Of a stretch of 64,000 nt of DNA, positions 12,511 through 26,740 are shown piece by piece (the first letter of the stretch is position 1; the number at the start of each line of letters is the position of its first letter). This DNA comes from Lama glama (taxonomy: Eukaryota), in NCBI GenBank assembly GCA_028534125.1, contig CM052816.1, positions 36,644,001 through 36,708,000 on the forward strand, written 5' to 3'. The notes beneath the pieces were generated by a model. It saw nothing but the letters and a program-made list of their open reading frames with translations. It had not been told where the DNA came from and made no database searches. The translations under genes and the position numbers were made by a program.

Positions 12511-13925
12511 CCGGAAAGACATAGGAATGCAGAGAGACAATGCCCAAGTGAATAAATTCTTTTTTCTTTCAAAGCAACCTTTTTTTTTTTCTTTAATGAC
12601 TTGATAAAAAGAGTAGTGTTAGCTAGGGAATAAATGGACAGGCAGAATGATTCCTTTTAAAAGAAAGTTCCGAGATTTTATTAGCATTTTACTGAGATTT
12701 TTTTCTATGCCTAGTGCTTGGGAGAAACACATAAAATTAAATTATATTATTACTTAGCCCATAACTGGGCTTATAGTGTGCTGATGAAGTTGACTAATAA
12801 CTTCTGTGTTTGTGTGTATGCGCTTGTTAATTCATTAAGTTTCAACTTCATTAAGAATTATTTTCAGAGTAGCAAAAACTACTAGCTTTAAGTAGAAATT
12901 TTTTAAATCAGAGAGCATGAGAAACAAACTTATTTATTTGCCTAATATAGAAGAGACAAGATACGTATTTAAAGTGTCATTTCATCTTCGTATTTCAACA
13001 TAAGTTAATTCAATAACTGTAGAAGAAAACCTCTAGAAGTAACTCCCAATTTGTGGTTTTATGATCAGTCTGTAACTAATAATTCAGTCTCCAGAAATAA
13101 ATATTGAAGAAAATCTTCACAAAACATCACAAAATATACTTCAAAAAAATTGTTGTCTACTTTCTCTCTGGTTCCACATGTGCCCTGCCAAATAATTTAC
13201 AAACTCTAAATAATACACGTGTATAGAAAAAATTATATATATATATATCGAAAGTGAAAACTACACTCAGAAGTTTTACTGGTCATCAAACTGGTCCTTT
13301 AGATTACTTGTTTTGGTGTCCCCTTACTCAATGAGAACTTAAAATATATTTGGATCTAGATTCTGTGTGGTATGGATCCCTCAGTCATGAATTTCTACTG
13401 GATTCTGTGCTGATCCTTGAGAAAGATCACCTAGCACCAGAAGCATTTCTGAAGGCCCAAAGGGCGTTTGTGTCATCATTAGAAGCAGATTCATACAGTG
13501 CAGTATCTACCTCTCAGAGGGGCAGGGTTTTTGTGACCCTCAGCCTACTTGACTAATCTTTCTCTCTACATGAGGTGCTCTCAGACTCCCGTATCTCTCA
13601 GAGACACAACCCAACATTCACCTGCTTCATGCCTGTTTAAGGCTATCTGGTCTCCTTCCCTGGAAAGTCTGTTCCCAGGAGGCCAGAAGACAAGAGGCCC
13701 GCTGTGAGTTCATACAAGTGTAGTAGCTTACTGAGCCCAGAAGGGAAGACTGCCAGTTCATACCCACTTGGCGGCCTGCCCTGAACCCTGCAGATTATAA
13801 TTAGGTGCTGTCATTGCTATACTGAAACCTGGTGTCTCTGGTAATAGCTCTGAGAGGACAAACAGCATAATGTGTAAGGGAACTGACCTCTGTGAGGCAA
13901 ATGTTGATGAATGAGACATGGAAGC

Positions 13926-14406
13926 TGTGAATGAAAAATACTGCAAACCGTATCAGTAAACAAAGAATGCTGAAGCCATCAAGTCATCAGTTGCTGCCGC
14001 CACCCCCCACAGTGAAGACAAGCCTGCAGCCCAGCCTCTGCAGCCACTCACAATGGTGCCCTCTCAGGGGACTCAGAATAATAAAGGACAAGATACTGGC
14101 CCTAGATAGCTAGATGCTTGTCAAAGGAATGAATTCAATGAGTCCAAATGTTTGCTTCCTCCCATACATAGAAAAGCACTAAATTCTTTAACTTGTGATG
14201 CCTGTTTTTCTTTAGATAACATGTAATCTTTTATTGTTCCAACTACCTGGTCTTTGTGTTGTAAAGCTCCTATATATCTTAGCTATTCTCCTAACTCTTA
14301 GGAGGAGTCTCTCAGAGCAATCTGAGAGGCTATCATCCCAGTTCAAGTCCTCCGGCCAAATAAAACATAACTCAACTTTCAGGCTGCACATTTATTTCAG
14401 TCGATG
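13926..14406 (+). mobile_element. ERV1 solo LTR (MER34/MER39-related, artiodactyl type)
   Basis: Starts tgtgaatg; TATA-like cctatata; aataaa at ~14359; ends ttcagtcga; 4-bp flanks aagc/aagt. Confidence 0.8.
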
Positions 14407-15319
14407 AAGTCAAAGAGTAAATTCTTCTCCCATCATCTTCTTATAGAGTCTTTTGAGACATATCTGTGCAAAGGGTCTTTATGAAGATACATCTTCCTAG
14501 CTTCACTTTCCCTTTCCTCTCAATCTTGCTTTCCTTGTAATTTACACCCCATAAAGCACGTAAGGCATTAGGCTTAATTTTCCAGGCAAATAAATCAGTT
14601 ATTTCACATCTGAAGAGAATGTGTAGGTGTCCGGCTGGCTAGTTAAAAATCACAGTTAATACATTAAGGTTGTGCCCTTTACACACTGGGAAATTCCCCA
14701 TCCCTTTGCTCAGATCCCAGCTCCTCTTGCATTATACAAAGCTTAGATATGCTACATTATTTTGTTTTAAAGCACATTATATTGAGAGATAACACACTTG
14801 AAAAGATGATGAGGGATTTCTACTTTGCTGTCTTTATGGGAGGAAGATAACAGTGAGACAGCAAGAAAAAGAACTAAAAAATGGATAAACATGACTAAAA
14901 TCATGCCAAGAGTCCTAAACACCTTACTATGTCTTGGAGCTATTACTGCTATAAAACACAATACAAAAACTAATTTTATAATAATGGCCTGGATGCTAAA
15001 AGAAAATTCAAATTATGTTTACTATATTCTACATGAAGAAGGAAGGCAAGTTCCTTGGAGAATTCTCAACTAAACAATTAAAATAAAAATGTTTCAACGT
15101 TTAGATTGAAGCTAGACATTTTGACAAATATGGCCATATAGAACATTTTATTCTCTAAGGTTCTGGGTCATACTTAATATTGTCTCTTTCAAGGAGCTAA
15201 ATATTTCCATAAGGTAATAATGAAAATATGTAGATAGGAAATAGTATCTAGGAAAGATCATATAGTGGCAACTCACAACTTTTTTTTTTTTTGGTCTCTG
15301 GCTGTTTGAATCAGATTAA

Positions 15320-18300
15320 TATTCCTAAACATGAACAATAAAAAAGAGAAATCTAAATAGACTCATAACTAGTAAGAATAAATCAGTAATAAAAATCTGA
15401 CAAAGAAAAGCCCTAGACCTGAAGACTTCACTGGTGAATTCTATCAAATATTTACAAAAGAATGAACACCAATCCTTCTCATTTTTTTCCAAAAAATTTA
15501 AGAGGAGGGAACACTCCCTGAATCGCTATCCTGATACCAAAGCAAGGCAAACAGACTACAAAAAAGGAAAACTACAGACCAGTATGTTTTATGAACATCA
15601 ATGCAAAAATCCTCAACAAAATACTGGCCAACTGAATTCAGCAGCATATCAATCACGTGGGATTATTTTCCTAGATTGCAAATATTCTTCAACATATAAA
15701 AATTGATCAATGTGATATACCATATTAACAGAATAAGGCTAAAAACCACATGATTACAGAAAAAGCATCTGACAAAATTTAACAGACTTTCATGATAAAA
15801 ACACTCAACAAACCAGAAATAGAAGGAAATCAACATAATAAATGACATATGAAAAAATCCACAGCAAAAACCATTCTCAGAGTGAAACCTTTTCCACAAG
15901 ATCAGGAATAAGGCAAGCATGCCCACTTTTACCATTTCTATTCAACAAACTAGAAATAGAAGGAAATCAACATAATAAATCATGTATTTGAAAAAATCCA
16001 CAGCAAAAACTATACTCAGTAGTGAAAGAGTGAAAGCTTTTCCACTAAGATCAGGAATAAGGCAAGGATGCCCACTTTTACCATTTCTATTCATTTACCA
16101 TTTCTATTCAGTGGATGCCCACTTTTACCACTTCTATTCAGCAGTTCTGGCTAGGAACTGTAAGTCCTAGCCAGAGTAATTAATCAAAAACTAAATAATT
16201 AAATGAAAGATATCCTAATCAGAGAGGAAGAAGTAATATTATCTCTATTCATAGATGACATGATCTACAACTCGATATGTATGTAGAAAGCTCTAAAGAG
16301 TCCACCGAAAAACTAGTAGAACTAATAAATTCCCAAAAGTAGCAAGATACGAAGCAGGATACAAAAATCAGTTGGATTTCTATACACTAACAACAAACAA
16401 AAATCTGAAAAAGAAATTAAGAAAACAATTTCACTTGTAATAGCATAAAAAAGAATATTTAGGAATTTACTTATCTAAGAAAGTAAAAGACTTATACAGT
16501 AAAAACTATAAAACATTTCTATAAAGATGTTAATAAAGGGAAAGATATCTATGTTCATGGATCGGAAGACTTAATACAGATTGTCCCAGTTTATGATGGT
16601 TTATTACAATTTTTCAACTTCATGATAGTGTGAAATTCATACTCATTCAGTAGAAACCTTATTACAAATTTTGAATTTTGCTCTTTTTCTGGGCTAACAA
16701 TTTGCAGTATGATATTGTCTCTAGATGCTGGGCAGTGGCAGCAAGCCCTTACTTCCAGTCAGCCATGAAATCATAAGGGCAAACAACCAATACATCTATA
16801 ACCATTCTGTACCCATACAATCATTCTGTTTTTCACTTTTGGTACAGTATTTAATGTATTATATGAGATATTTTAAAACTTTATTGTAAAATAGGATTTA
16901 TGTTAGATGATTTTGCCCAACTCTAGGCTGATGTAATTGTTTTGAGCACATTTAAGGTAGACTAGGCTAAGGTATAAGGTTTGGTATGTTAGGTGTATTA
17001 AATGCATTTTCAACTTACAATATTTTTAATTTATGATAGACTTATGGGGACATAAACCCACTGTAAGTCAAGTAAGATCTGCATTGTTAAGATGTCAATA
17101 CTACCCAAAGTGATGAACAGAACTAATTCAATTCATATCAAAAAAACAAAACAAAACAGTTTTTTGTAGAAATAAAAAATCCACCCTAATATTCATATGG
17201 AAAATCAAGGAACCCCAAATAAACAAAACAATTCTGAAAGAGAACAAAACTGGAGGACTGACACTTCTTTATTGCAAGACTTAATATAATGCTACAATAA
17301 TCAAAATTGATACTGGCAAAAAGACAGACATATAGACCAGTGGAACAGAATAGAGCGGACAGAAATAGACCCTTGCATACATGGTCAAATTATTTTCAAC
17401 AAGAGTGCCAACACCATTCAATGGGGAAAAAAAAAAAAAAGACAGTCTTTTCAACAAATGGTGCTGGAAAAACTAGATATGCACATGTAAAAGAATAAAG
17501 TTGGATGCTCACATACTACCATAAACAAAAAATTAATGCAATATATCAAAAACCTAAATATAAGACCTGAAAGTATAAAACTCTTTGAGGAAAACATAGG
17601 GCAAAAAGCATTGGATTTGACCATGATTCCTGGATATGACACCAAAGGCACAGGCAACAAAAGAAAATGTAGACAAACTGAGCTTCATTAAAAATTTTTA
17701 GAAAGTTGCAAAAAGTTTAAAAGACCCTATCTATACAGAATAAAAAAGAAGAATCAGAGAAAATACTTGCATACCACATATCTAATAAAGGGTTAATATT
17801 TATACTATATTGAGTTTTAAAATTTAACACCAAAAAGCAAACAACTTGATTCAAAAATGGACAAAGGACTTGAATAGACATTTCTCCAAAGAAGTTATAC
17901 AAAAGGCCAATAAGCACATAAAAGATGCTCAATATCACTAATCATTAGGGAAATGCAAATTAAAACTACAGTGAGGTATCAATTCACACAAATTGAGATG
18001 GTTACTATTAAAAAAAGAAAAACACAGAAAAAAATGATGGAATGTGGAGAAATTTTAACCCTGTGCATTTTGTTGGAATGTAAAATGGTACAGCTATTGT
18101 GGAAAACATTATGGTGGCTTCCCAAAAAATTTAAAATGGAATTACCATATGATCTAGCAATTCCACGTCTGGGTTTATATTGAAAAGAATTCAAAGCAGG
18201 GTCTCAAAGAGATATTCATATGCCCATATTCATAGCAGCATTATTCACAATAGTTAAAATGTAAAAGTAACTCAAGTGTCCATCAGACCATGAATGGATA

Positions 18301-18490
18301 AACAAAGTGATCCATATACATAGAACAGAACGTTACTCAGCCTTACAAAGGAAGGAAAGTGTGACATAAAATACAACATGAATGAATCTTGAGGAAATTA
18401 TACAAAGTGAAATAAGCTAGTCAAAAAAAGAGGTATGTGCTGTTTGTATGTCTTTATGACTGTATGATTCCACTTATATGAAGCACTTTA
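15320..18490 (+). mobile_element. L1MB-like element, decayed ORF2 (RT to C-terminus) and 3'UTR
   Basis: ORF fragments AFPLRSGIRQGCPL and MQIKTTVRY..ELPYDLAIP; L1MB-type 3'UTR (gcagggtctcaaagagatatt). Confidence 0.95.
16577..17081 (-). mobile_element. TcMar-Tigger element (MER47/Tigger5-like) nested in the L1
   Basis: Ends cagattgtcc../..gtaagatctg with TA/CA flanks; the L1 text ggaagacttaata|ttgttaagatgtc rejoins across it. Confidence 0.85.
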
Positions 18491-19042
18491 TTTCCATAAT
18501 GTTATTTTATATTATCAATAATATTCCAATTTCAACATTTTCTCAAAATCATTTTTACTTTCTTATAATGGTGGGTAATTAATAACAGAGCATTGTTGTT
18601 TTCTCAGACTTAGGTTTTCTACTTTTATCTGGGTAAATTTTGGTAAGATATTATTTTCCTTAAAGTTTACTTGATTCTATTCATTAGAGACAGTATATCT
18701 TTTTAATTATCATCATGCCTTACTCTAATTTCCATCTCCCCACAGGAAATCCTCTTAATGAATTTACATTGTATATTTTAACTTGAACATATTCTTATAA
18801 AGTGTGCTTTTTTTTTTTTTTTCTGTGCATGCATTTCTTCCTTCTGGAAACTATCTACTTTCCCTTCAGTTATGGGAAACAGAAATATCCTTTTTACACC
18901 AGTAAGAGACTGAACAGGTATTACGGCAAGTTAGTTGTGGTACCCCAATCTACAATCTTCTTTCTGTAGTACAAAAAGTATGCCACTTATCGATTGATGT
19001 GTTGCCTAGTACTTATTACTTTGGTCAATTAAACATTTTCAC

Positions 19043-19140
19043 CTTAGCCTGCCATTCTTAACCAGAACCTGTCAGTGTAGCCTGATACTTGTGAATCTTA
19101 TTTTTCTTCATCAAATTACAGTAACATGCTTACTCATATT
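19043..19140 (-). pseudogene. Pseudo-exon (LRR-like), acceptor unclear
   Basis: Reads CYCNLMKKNKIHKYQATLTGSG*EWQAK with donor aag|gtgaaa; similar to recalled LRRIQ3 CIKLIKLDLHGNQ. Confidence 0.45.
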
Positions 19141-20157
19141 CAACAAGTCAAAATAACAAAAAAAATATATATTTTTAATACATTTAAATTTGAATTTTCC
19201 ATCAATCTGTGTAAATAATTGTCTATTACTTGTCATGATCAGTGTGCATAAGAGCTTTAGGGAAATTAGTTCAATCATCATAATTAATATAATACTATTA
19301 ATCTATTGTTAAATTTGTAGTATGCTGACTCTAAGAAAAATAATTATCTGTAAAATCTCTGCCAGTAAAAAGAACAGCACATTATTACTATATTATTACT
19401 ATATGACCTTATATCTTAGATTAAAATAGGCTTATGATTTATTTCTATACCAATTAGCAGAACTTAAGAGAAATTGTTGGCCAATTGGGATGAAACAGAC
19501 AGATGACTTTAAAGGCTATTCTTGTACTTTGGATATAATTCAAAATATTGTCAATAATCTATAAAATTCTGTTTTATGACATAGATAATTTAAGTTTCAA
19601 GGTGAAAAATGGAATGGAAATAACCAGCTGGATCATTCAAACAATTCACACTTGCTTTAAACTATCTTTTTAAGTTGATTTTTTCTGATTAAATAAGACT
19701 TTACCTTAAACATGTATTATTATAATTTATATTTATTAATTTTAAAGATTCAATATTACATAAGGTAAATTATTTATGATACAATTTTGTAAAGCTGCAA
19801 TGATAAAAATATATCAACATTACCAATCAAGTAGTGAATTTGGTCTCAGAGTTAAACTTTTAAAGTTCAAAGAATTACACAATTTTTTATTAAATAAGTA
19901 AAAGTACTGCTACAAAACTGAATAAAGAATATGTTTCCTATTAGAAATAAACTTACAAGTAATATAAAGTAATTTTTTTCTTTTAAATTCTAACTCCCCC
20001 TATGAAATGTGATTGGTAATATGGTTTATGAGATAACCTACACCAGTATGAATTTATCTAAATTACACAAATAAATTGTCAAAAGGTAATTCTGACATCA
20101 TCTAGAAAAATGATAAAAATCCCTAAAGGTTAAAAAAGTTTCAGAAACTTGACTTAC

Positions 20158-20238
20158 ATAAGAAAATTTTGATTTAGTGTTTAACACATCCTTTCTAATA
20201 TGTTAGTGGTCAGGTGGACGGAATTTTTAAAATTTTAC
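20158..20238 (-). pseudogene. Pseudo-exon (81 nt, LRR-like)
   Basis: Boundaries gatttag|gt and ttat|gtaagt; in phase with the preceding exon it reads CKILKIPST*PLTY*KGCVKH*IKIFL. Confidence 0.55.
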
Positions 20239-20779
20239 CTAAATCTTGGAATATAAATTCCAAATCTTGTTAATCTTGGAAATAAAATTATTTATTATTT
20301 TTTGTGTGTGTGGCTGAAAACTGAGCAGTTTTAAAAGAATACATAATAATCAAAATATTGATTTATTGATTTAGGGTTTGGTTATTTATACCAGTAATCT
20401 GATACCACCAGAACCTCATCAATATCCTTCAGTAGCAATAGGATGTTTAAAGACCTACTATTGGTCATTTCATGTATTTCTTTTCCCTTCCCTATTGTAC
20501 TTTCCCCTCCCTTTTTGTTCCCTCCTCTCTCCTGCTCTCCCATTTTTTCCCTTCTTTCTTTTCTCTCTCTCTCTTCAGTTGAGACTCTTAACTTGCTATT
20601 TCAACTAATTTAATTCTTGAGAGCCTAATCTCTAGTACATGCATTGACCTTCTCATGGCTCTAATGTTGCCTTCTCTGCAAAGCCTTAAATAAAATCAAA
20701 TACTTCCCCCTCTCTTTCAATAGATTTTTCCTAATTCTGGAATAATAAAGCATTGCATTTTGTTCAGTTACATATATAT

Positions 20780-20915
20780 GTGCCTATTCATATCCCCTGA
20801 CCAAGATACTTCCTGGAAGGCAGGGTTAGTGTTCTGGTTATCATTGTATCCTTAGCCTTAATATAATTTGTAAAACACAGAAGATTTGTAATGAGTGACT
20901 GTTTTGTAAATGGAT
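20780..20915 (+). mobile_element. L2 3' end fragment
   Basis: cttcctggaaggcagggttagtgttctggttatcattgtatcc, an L2 tail motif. Confidence 0.6.
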
Positions 20916-21589
20916 ACTTGAATTTTAGACCAATTTTTTCAGTAGTTCAAATAAGTTAATACTGTTCTCTGTGAAGCCCTTCAATGGGGATGAAATAGAG
21001 ACTAGAAAGTGCACTTTCCCCTTTAGAGATACTTAGTCCAGGTGGGAAGATAATATATCAACAAGATGCTTTCCAACATATAATCTTACTCATATGAATG
21101 AAGAATCTCAGAATTCTAACATTTGTCTTCCCAACTAGGAAAACCTGGGAGTCTCTTATGTGCCAGGATACAGTCTTTTGACATGGGTAAAATGTTAGAC
21201 CATGTAGTGATAATTACAGCTACTATTATAGCAATAAAAACAGCTAAACAATAACAAAATTTATTGATGGCCTTCCATGACTATAATTACTGGCAGAAAC
21301 TAGGTATTTCTTGGAATCACAATTTATTTTTCAGGCATGTAAATCCTGTGCTCATGCAAAACTCTTGGCACCCAGCTTTGAGTGAGTACCAGCCTCTACA
21401 TGGTTAATTTATAAGAAACACTACAAAGCGTCTACATGATCTTATTTGAGAATCCTGGGCAATAAATAATTGTGGAAATTCACATTACAAAGGTAAAATA
21501 GTTTTGACCATCATTATCAGAGAATAAAATTATGAATATTATGAAGTGAAAGTACGTTTTAAATGGAGCACAAGGAGACAGCAATGAGA

Positions 21590-21830
21590 TTCTATTTATC
21601 AATTATTTGCTACCTGCTAGACACTGTACTAAGTTTTAAGCTTTTAAACATTTTTCATAAATATCACTTTATACTCAACAAAGGCATACTATTATTACAC
21701 CCATTTTACTTAAGAAGAAATAGGTAAGAAAGGCTACGTAACTTTTACATTGTGACTCAGCAGGCAAATGTCTGGATTAAATTCAAACCCAGTTCTGTAT
21801 GCCTGACTTAAAAGGCCATGCTATTAATTA
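21590..21830 (-). mobile_element. MIR SINE
   Basis: attattacacccattttac..aagaaa and attcaaacccag core motifs. Confidence 0.7.
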
Positions 21831-22109
21831 CTAACTCCTCAACTTTTCATAGTAAGATGGCTTCTTCACTACAATGCAAGAAGTATTTTATACTACACTT
21901 TCCCCCTCACTGGGAATTTGGCTATTCTTCTTGATTTATTAGTTTGTTGCTTAAAGAGGAAGGTAGGGAAAAGGTTTGAAAGATAATTGTGATTTTGTGA
22001 AAGGACAGAAAAAATCTCTGTTAAAAAGAAGATAAGAATGTCTGAAAATCTCTTTTTCCTTTCTTCTATACTAAGGACCACATTCTATAACTGAATAGAA
22101 AAAAAATCT

Positions 22110-22300
22110 AGAAATAATAATAGCTACCATATATTGATCACTCTGTGTGTGGCAATCATTGTGCTAAGTACTTTATACACACACACACACAAACACATAT
22201 AATCTCTAACTATTAGAACACTGCCTCAATGTAATGTTAGTTACTTGTTTTACAAATGAGGGAAATGGGGCTCAGAGAGGTTAAATTATCTGCCCAGTGA
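22110..22300 (-). mobile_element. MIR SINE
   Basis: ttttacaaatgagggaaatggggctcagagaggttaaattatctgccc core. Confidence 0.8.
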
Positions 22301-23439
22301 TTTCAGAGCTAGGACTTGTAGTTGTCAGGTCTTTCATACAAACACCCATAAGAATAAAATGCCCACGTACTCTACTCTAGCAAGGTTGAGTAAGAGATTG
22401 ACAATATGGAGGGATGACAGAATTTTATGTAGAGATAAAAAGAGACAGCACCATTAGTATAAGACAATGCTGTAGAAATGAAGATTATTTTCCCCTTGGA
22501 TTATGAATTCAGAGTTTCTATAGATGAATAAGTGACCCAGTTTAAAGGATGATAATAATATACCAATTGATGGTTAAATCTATCATTTAGTGTACATTTA
22601 GACTAGTGTTTACAACGTAATCTCCATTCTTACAAGAATCTTGTTAGGTAAAATTTCTATTTCTAATTATGAGTTATAGACTTAGAAATTTTCAACATCT
22701 TCAAAATTAATTGGTGAATTGAGTAAGGATTCAAATGCATCTTTGGTTAGTACCTTGCCCTATGCTCTTATCTAAGGAAAACATCTTGTTAGTGATATCC
22801 TGTTAATAACATTCTATGAGGTGAATATAAATTATACCCAAAGTAAAATGTCTGGCCAAAAAAATGGAGATTTTTGGACTAAATGACGAGTGTCTGTCTA
22901 GCTCCAGCTATCCAGATTTTAGTCCTATTCAAGAGTTGTAATGGACATTAAGACCTTTTGACTAAGACAGAAATCATATCAGTTGGAAATCACTGAGAAG
23001 TTGAGGAGGAAGAGCTGAATGATCTTGCAACCACCAAGAACACTGCTTATCCCTGCAGAACATGTATCAGAGAGATTGCTACATCTAGATTCCCTTATTT
23101 CTGAGAATGAGTCCCAGCACACTAGGATATCAGAATCTCATTCACTCTGGAACTGAACATGTAAACTGAAGGTTATTACTGGTCGAAACTGGTTGGGACT
23201 GGAATAAACAGAAACTTAAATATATATTTCTGACAGGTTCTTATTGTCTCAGGGGAACATAAAAATCAAGAATTCAGTACGTGTCCTACAGTCTGTTAGA
23301 ACTTTTTAGTTAAAGGGAAAATGCAGACTGAGACATAGGATAATTAGGGGAGAATCATGTTTTGACACACAAATATAACTCTAAATTGTTGATTAATGGA
23401 TTAATGCCAAAAAGAAGGAGATCTCTAGAGGAGAACTCA

Positions 23440-24420
23440 GGAATTCATGATATTTTTCAATAGTGACTTGGATCATGACATAGAAGCTACCTTTTTTGTA
23501 TTTGTGGATGACAGATTTAGGAGGATTATCTAATATATTTTATGACAGTGGTAGAGTTAAAAATATTGATAGGCTTGAATGATGGAGTGAAACCAATAAA
23601 GAAAAATTTGACAGAAATAAATATAAGATTCTCCATTTAAATTAAGAACAGGTTACATAAACGTAGATTCAGAAAGTTTGATCTCAAAAGCAACTCAGTG
23701 AAAAAACTAGATTTTAAAGTTGGTGATAGAAGACAACAGTGAGACAGAAATAATAATAATATAAAAAAACTAATTCTAAGCTGCCTTAATAGCTCTGTTA
23801 AATGTTTGTAATTCTGATATGATAATATTTGCCAAAGGGGAAGTCAAGATCCATTACTGAGTCATGAATCAATGAGTGGGCCTTAAAGAGCAACTTATTT
23901 TTTTTATATAGCGAAAAAGAAGATAATAGGATAGAATGGGATGGATGGAATGAAAGATACAAGATTTCACTGTTTATACAAAGGAATAATGGGAGAGAGA
24001 CAGAGACAGACTATATTATTAGCTTCATAGAGGCAAGAATTTTTGACTCTTTATTTTTGAATGCCCAGTGCCTAGACATAGATGAATGAATAGCACATGA
24101 AAATATTTAATAAATGCTATGTACTGAATATGATAAAAAATACATTGTTTACTGTATGTCATATTGAAAAAAAATTTAAGAACCACAGCTTTCTGTCATT
24201 CTGCATGATTAAGACATTGGAACATTGGGGCACCTGAAAACTTTGTAAGGTATATTAAACTAAGGAGGTTCCAGGTGAAGTTTACCAGGTTGGAGCTGTC
24301 TGTTTTTGAAACCATATCACCTTTTTAACTATGGAAGCAGTGATGTTTAACCTCAAAATATTCTGGAACCATGAGAGATGTCTATATATAAATTAAGAAC
24401 TTTCAAGGGAAAGAACAAAT
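23440..24420 (+). mobile_element. Ancient CR1/L3 LINE reverse-transcriptase remnant (interrupted)
   Basis: gacttggat..atagaa..tttgtggatgac (FVDD, degenerate FADD at 23501-23512)..gataggcttgaa matches the CR1 RT pattern. Confidence 0.7.
24010..24130 (+). mobile_element. L2 3' end inserted in the L3 remnant
   Basis: agcttcatagaggcaaga..cccagtgcctagaca..ttaataaatgct. Confidence 0.6.
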
Positions 24421-25086
24421 ATTTCAATAGTACTTGTACTAGGAGGCAACCTACTAATTGTTTAGTTATTTATTTAATATGGAAATGATCTTTACAGCAA
24501 GTAAAGTTGAACTAAGATTATGCAGACTCAGAAAAGAACTTAAGGGTTCTTTCCTTATGAATGAAGGAATTTATGTGCTTTAAAAATGTAGGTATCAAGA
24601 CAGTATCAATTACTGAAAGTGTTGAAAGAAATTTCCCTACTGGAAATATTTTTGTAAACATTCCTTTTATTAGTATTTCTATAATACTAAGAATACAAAC
24701 ACATTATTTTAAAGGTTGCCTATATATATGTATACACACACACATACATACATACATATATATAAATCTCCTCCTGAAAATGACCTATATGCCCAATAGA
24801 ATCTCTCTTATCACACTTCCTGATTAGTTAATTTGTCCACAAAATATGACAAGATCATACATTATTTAAATTTTATTTTCCCTGAAGAGGGAAAAAAGGA
24901 AGAACAATTAAAGTACTGTCTTAAGGAAAATAGTTAGAACCTATATATTTTGAAATATGCTGCAACTTTTGGCTAAATCTAAATAAAACCCTTCAGGAAT
25001 TTATCACTCTGTAAAATGGAAATGATAAAAAAAGATATAAAATTCATCATGTCTGAAGATCAATTTCATACAGAGTTTTTACTTAC

Positions 25087-25145
25087 AACTTTTACTGCTG
25101 TATAATCATCTAAATTCTATTTTATTATAATGAAGATTTTTATTC
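25087..25145 (-). pseudogene. Pseudo-exon (59 nt) with LRR core
   Basis: Boundaries ctttaactag|ga and agtt|gtaagt; reads NKNLHYNKIEFR*LYSSKS (LxxNxI core). Confidence 0.7.
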
Positions 25146-25365
25146 CTAGTTAAAGTCACCATTAGTGTGACATAACATTCTTTAGGTTGGACATCACTGG
25201 ATATGAAACACAACTGAACATTAGCAATATTATATTAACATAAGGTGGCATTGGTGGTTTTGTGATTTTCAAATATTAAATTATAATTTCAAGGAACTAC
25301 AGAAGACACTATTAAAAAGAAACAAAACAAAACAAAAAACTTTGTAACACATATGAAAAAAAAGT

Positions 25366-25982
25366 TGTTAGGCAGTTAGATAGAAATGAGCCCTGGGCAA
25401 GGGGAGAGGAAGGGGGAGGGAGCAACCCAGAAAATAACAGTATAGCTGTGCTAAGGATAAGAGGCTCCAAGAACTTTCACTTTCTCTAAATGAGGGCCAG
25501 CAAAGAAGCCGGCTAGAATAGAATGCTGCGGCTGCAGTAGAGAGAAGGACCAGGCTTAAGTTGACCCAATGCTCATTATAATGTAATTAACATTACAGTT
25601 TGAACCCCTTCCTGTAGGTTTCTCTGTGTGCATTATGTGTAAAAACATGTGTAAAAGAGATGAGCGTGCCTGAGCACAAGGAACCTGAGCTGTCAGTCAG
25701 CCTGAGAACTCAAAGAACATGAGTCATCAATCAATCAATCAATCAATCAAGAAAATGCCCCTAAGCTAGGATATAAGAAAAGGAAAACAAAGGTGCACTG
25801 CCATTTTTCCTCTCCTGGGTTGGCCCGCCCGCAATTCTCAGGGGTGTACTATATTTTACCACCTTTCTACTTAACTAATAAAATCTTCTGTTTATATCAC
25901 ACTCTCTGTCTCCTGTTAAACATTCATTTTTGGGGGGTGACTAAGAATTGAGGTAACTTTTATTCCCTTCCTCCTGGTAACA
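25366..25982 (+). mobile_element. Solo LTR (probably ERVL class)
   Basis: tgtta...taaca inverted termini; TATA-like atataag at 25771; aataaa at ~25877; no clean TSD. Confidence 0.75.
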
Positions 25983-26629
25983 GTGTCACTAAAACTATCC
26001 ATAAAGTTATTCTAATACAGTCCAGGACTTTGAAAATGAGTAGAAATGTACCATATTGAACTTGAGCAGAACTGAAAAATCAAATATTGCTCATGATAAG
26101 CAGAACTGCTTCAAAACGAAATTAGGATAAAGGACAAGATATTTAAAATAAAGATAAGTAATACTGCTGGTTTAAAAAGTTACCCATTAATTTTTTATTT
26201 ATATGTCATAAATGTTACCAATTGTAAGTTTAATAGAACTATGTATTAGTTGTCAACATCTCAAAATATCTTTAGATAGATTCAACAAGCAAAATAAAAG
26301 ACTGAGCAGCAAAGGACATTCAGCTTCTCATTTTACCTGAGTTTACACATGCAATTTTAAGAGAACAGATGATAAGGCATGCCTGACATTATTTAGTAGG
26401 ACAACAAGTTACAGTGGAGGTAAGAAGGAGTTCAGAAAATGGTCTTGACTGATTAGCATGCTTAAAAACCTCTGTCTGCCTGAACAAACAGAAAAATATG
26501 GAAATCAGTAATGCCAATTGGATAATTCAATAGTGATGAGAATCAGATCCACTACATCTAAAAGAAAACACATAACAGTAATTAAAAGGAAAAAAAATGC
26601 AGAAATCTCAAAGACTAAGCTACAAGGAG

Positions 26630-26740
26630 ATGTTTACTTAGTATGTCTCCTGTGCCAAGCCCTATTTTCAGAGCTGGGGGATACAGTAATAAATGAGATA
26701 GACAGAGTCCCTATTCTCATAGAAATATTTTTGGGCAGGC
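26630..26740 (-). mobile_element. L2 3' end fragment
   Basis: ctgtgccaagcc..gctggggatacagtaataaatgagatagacagagtccct. Confidence 0.7.
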
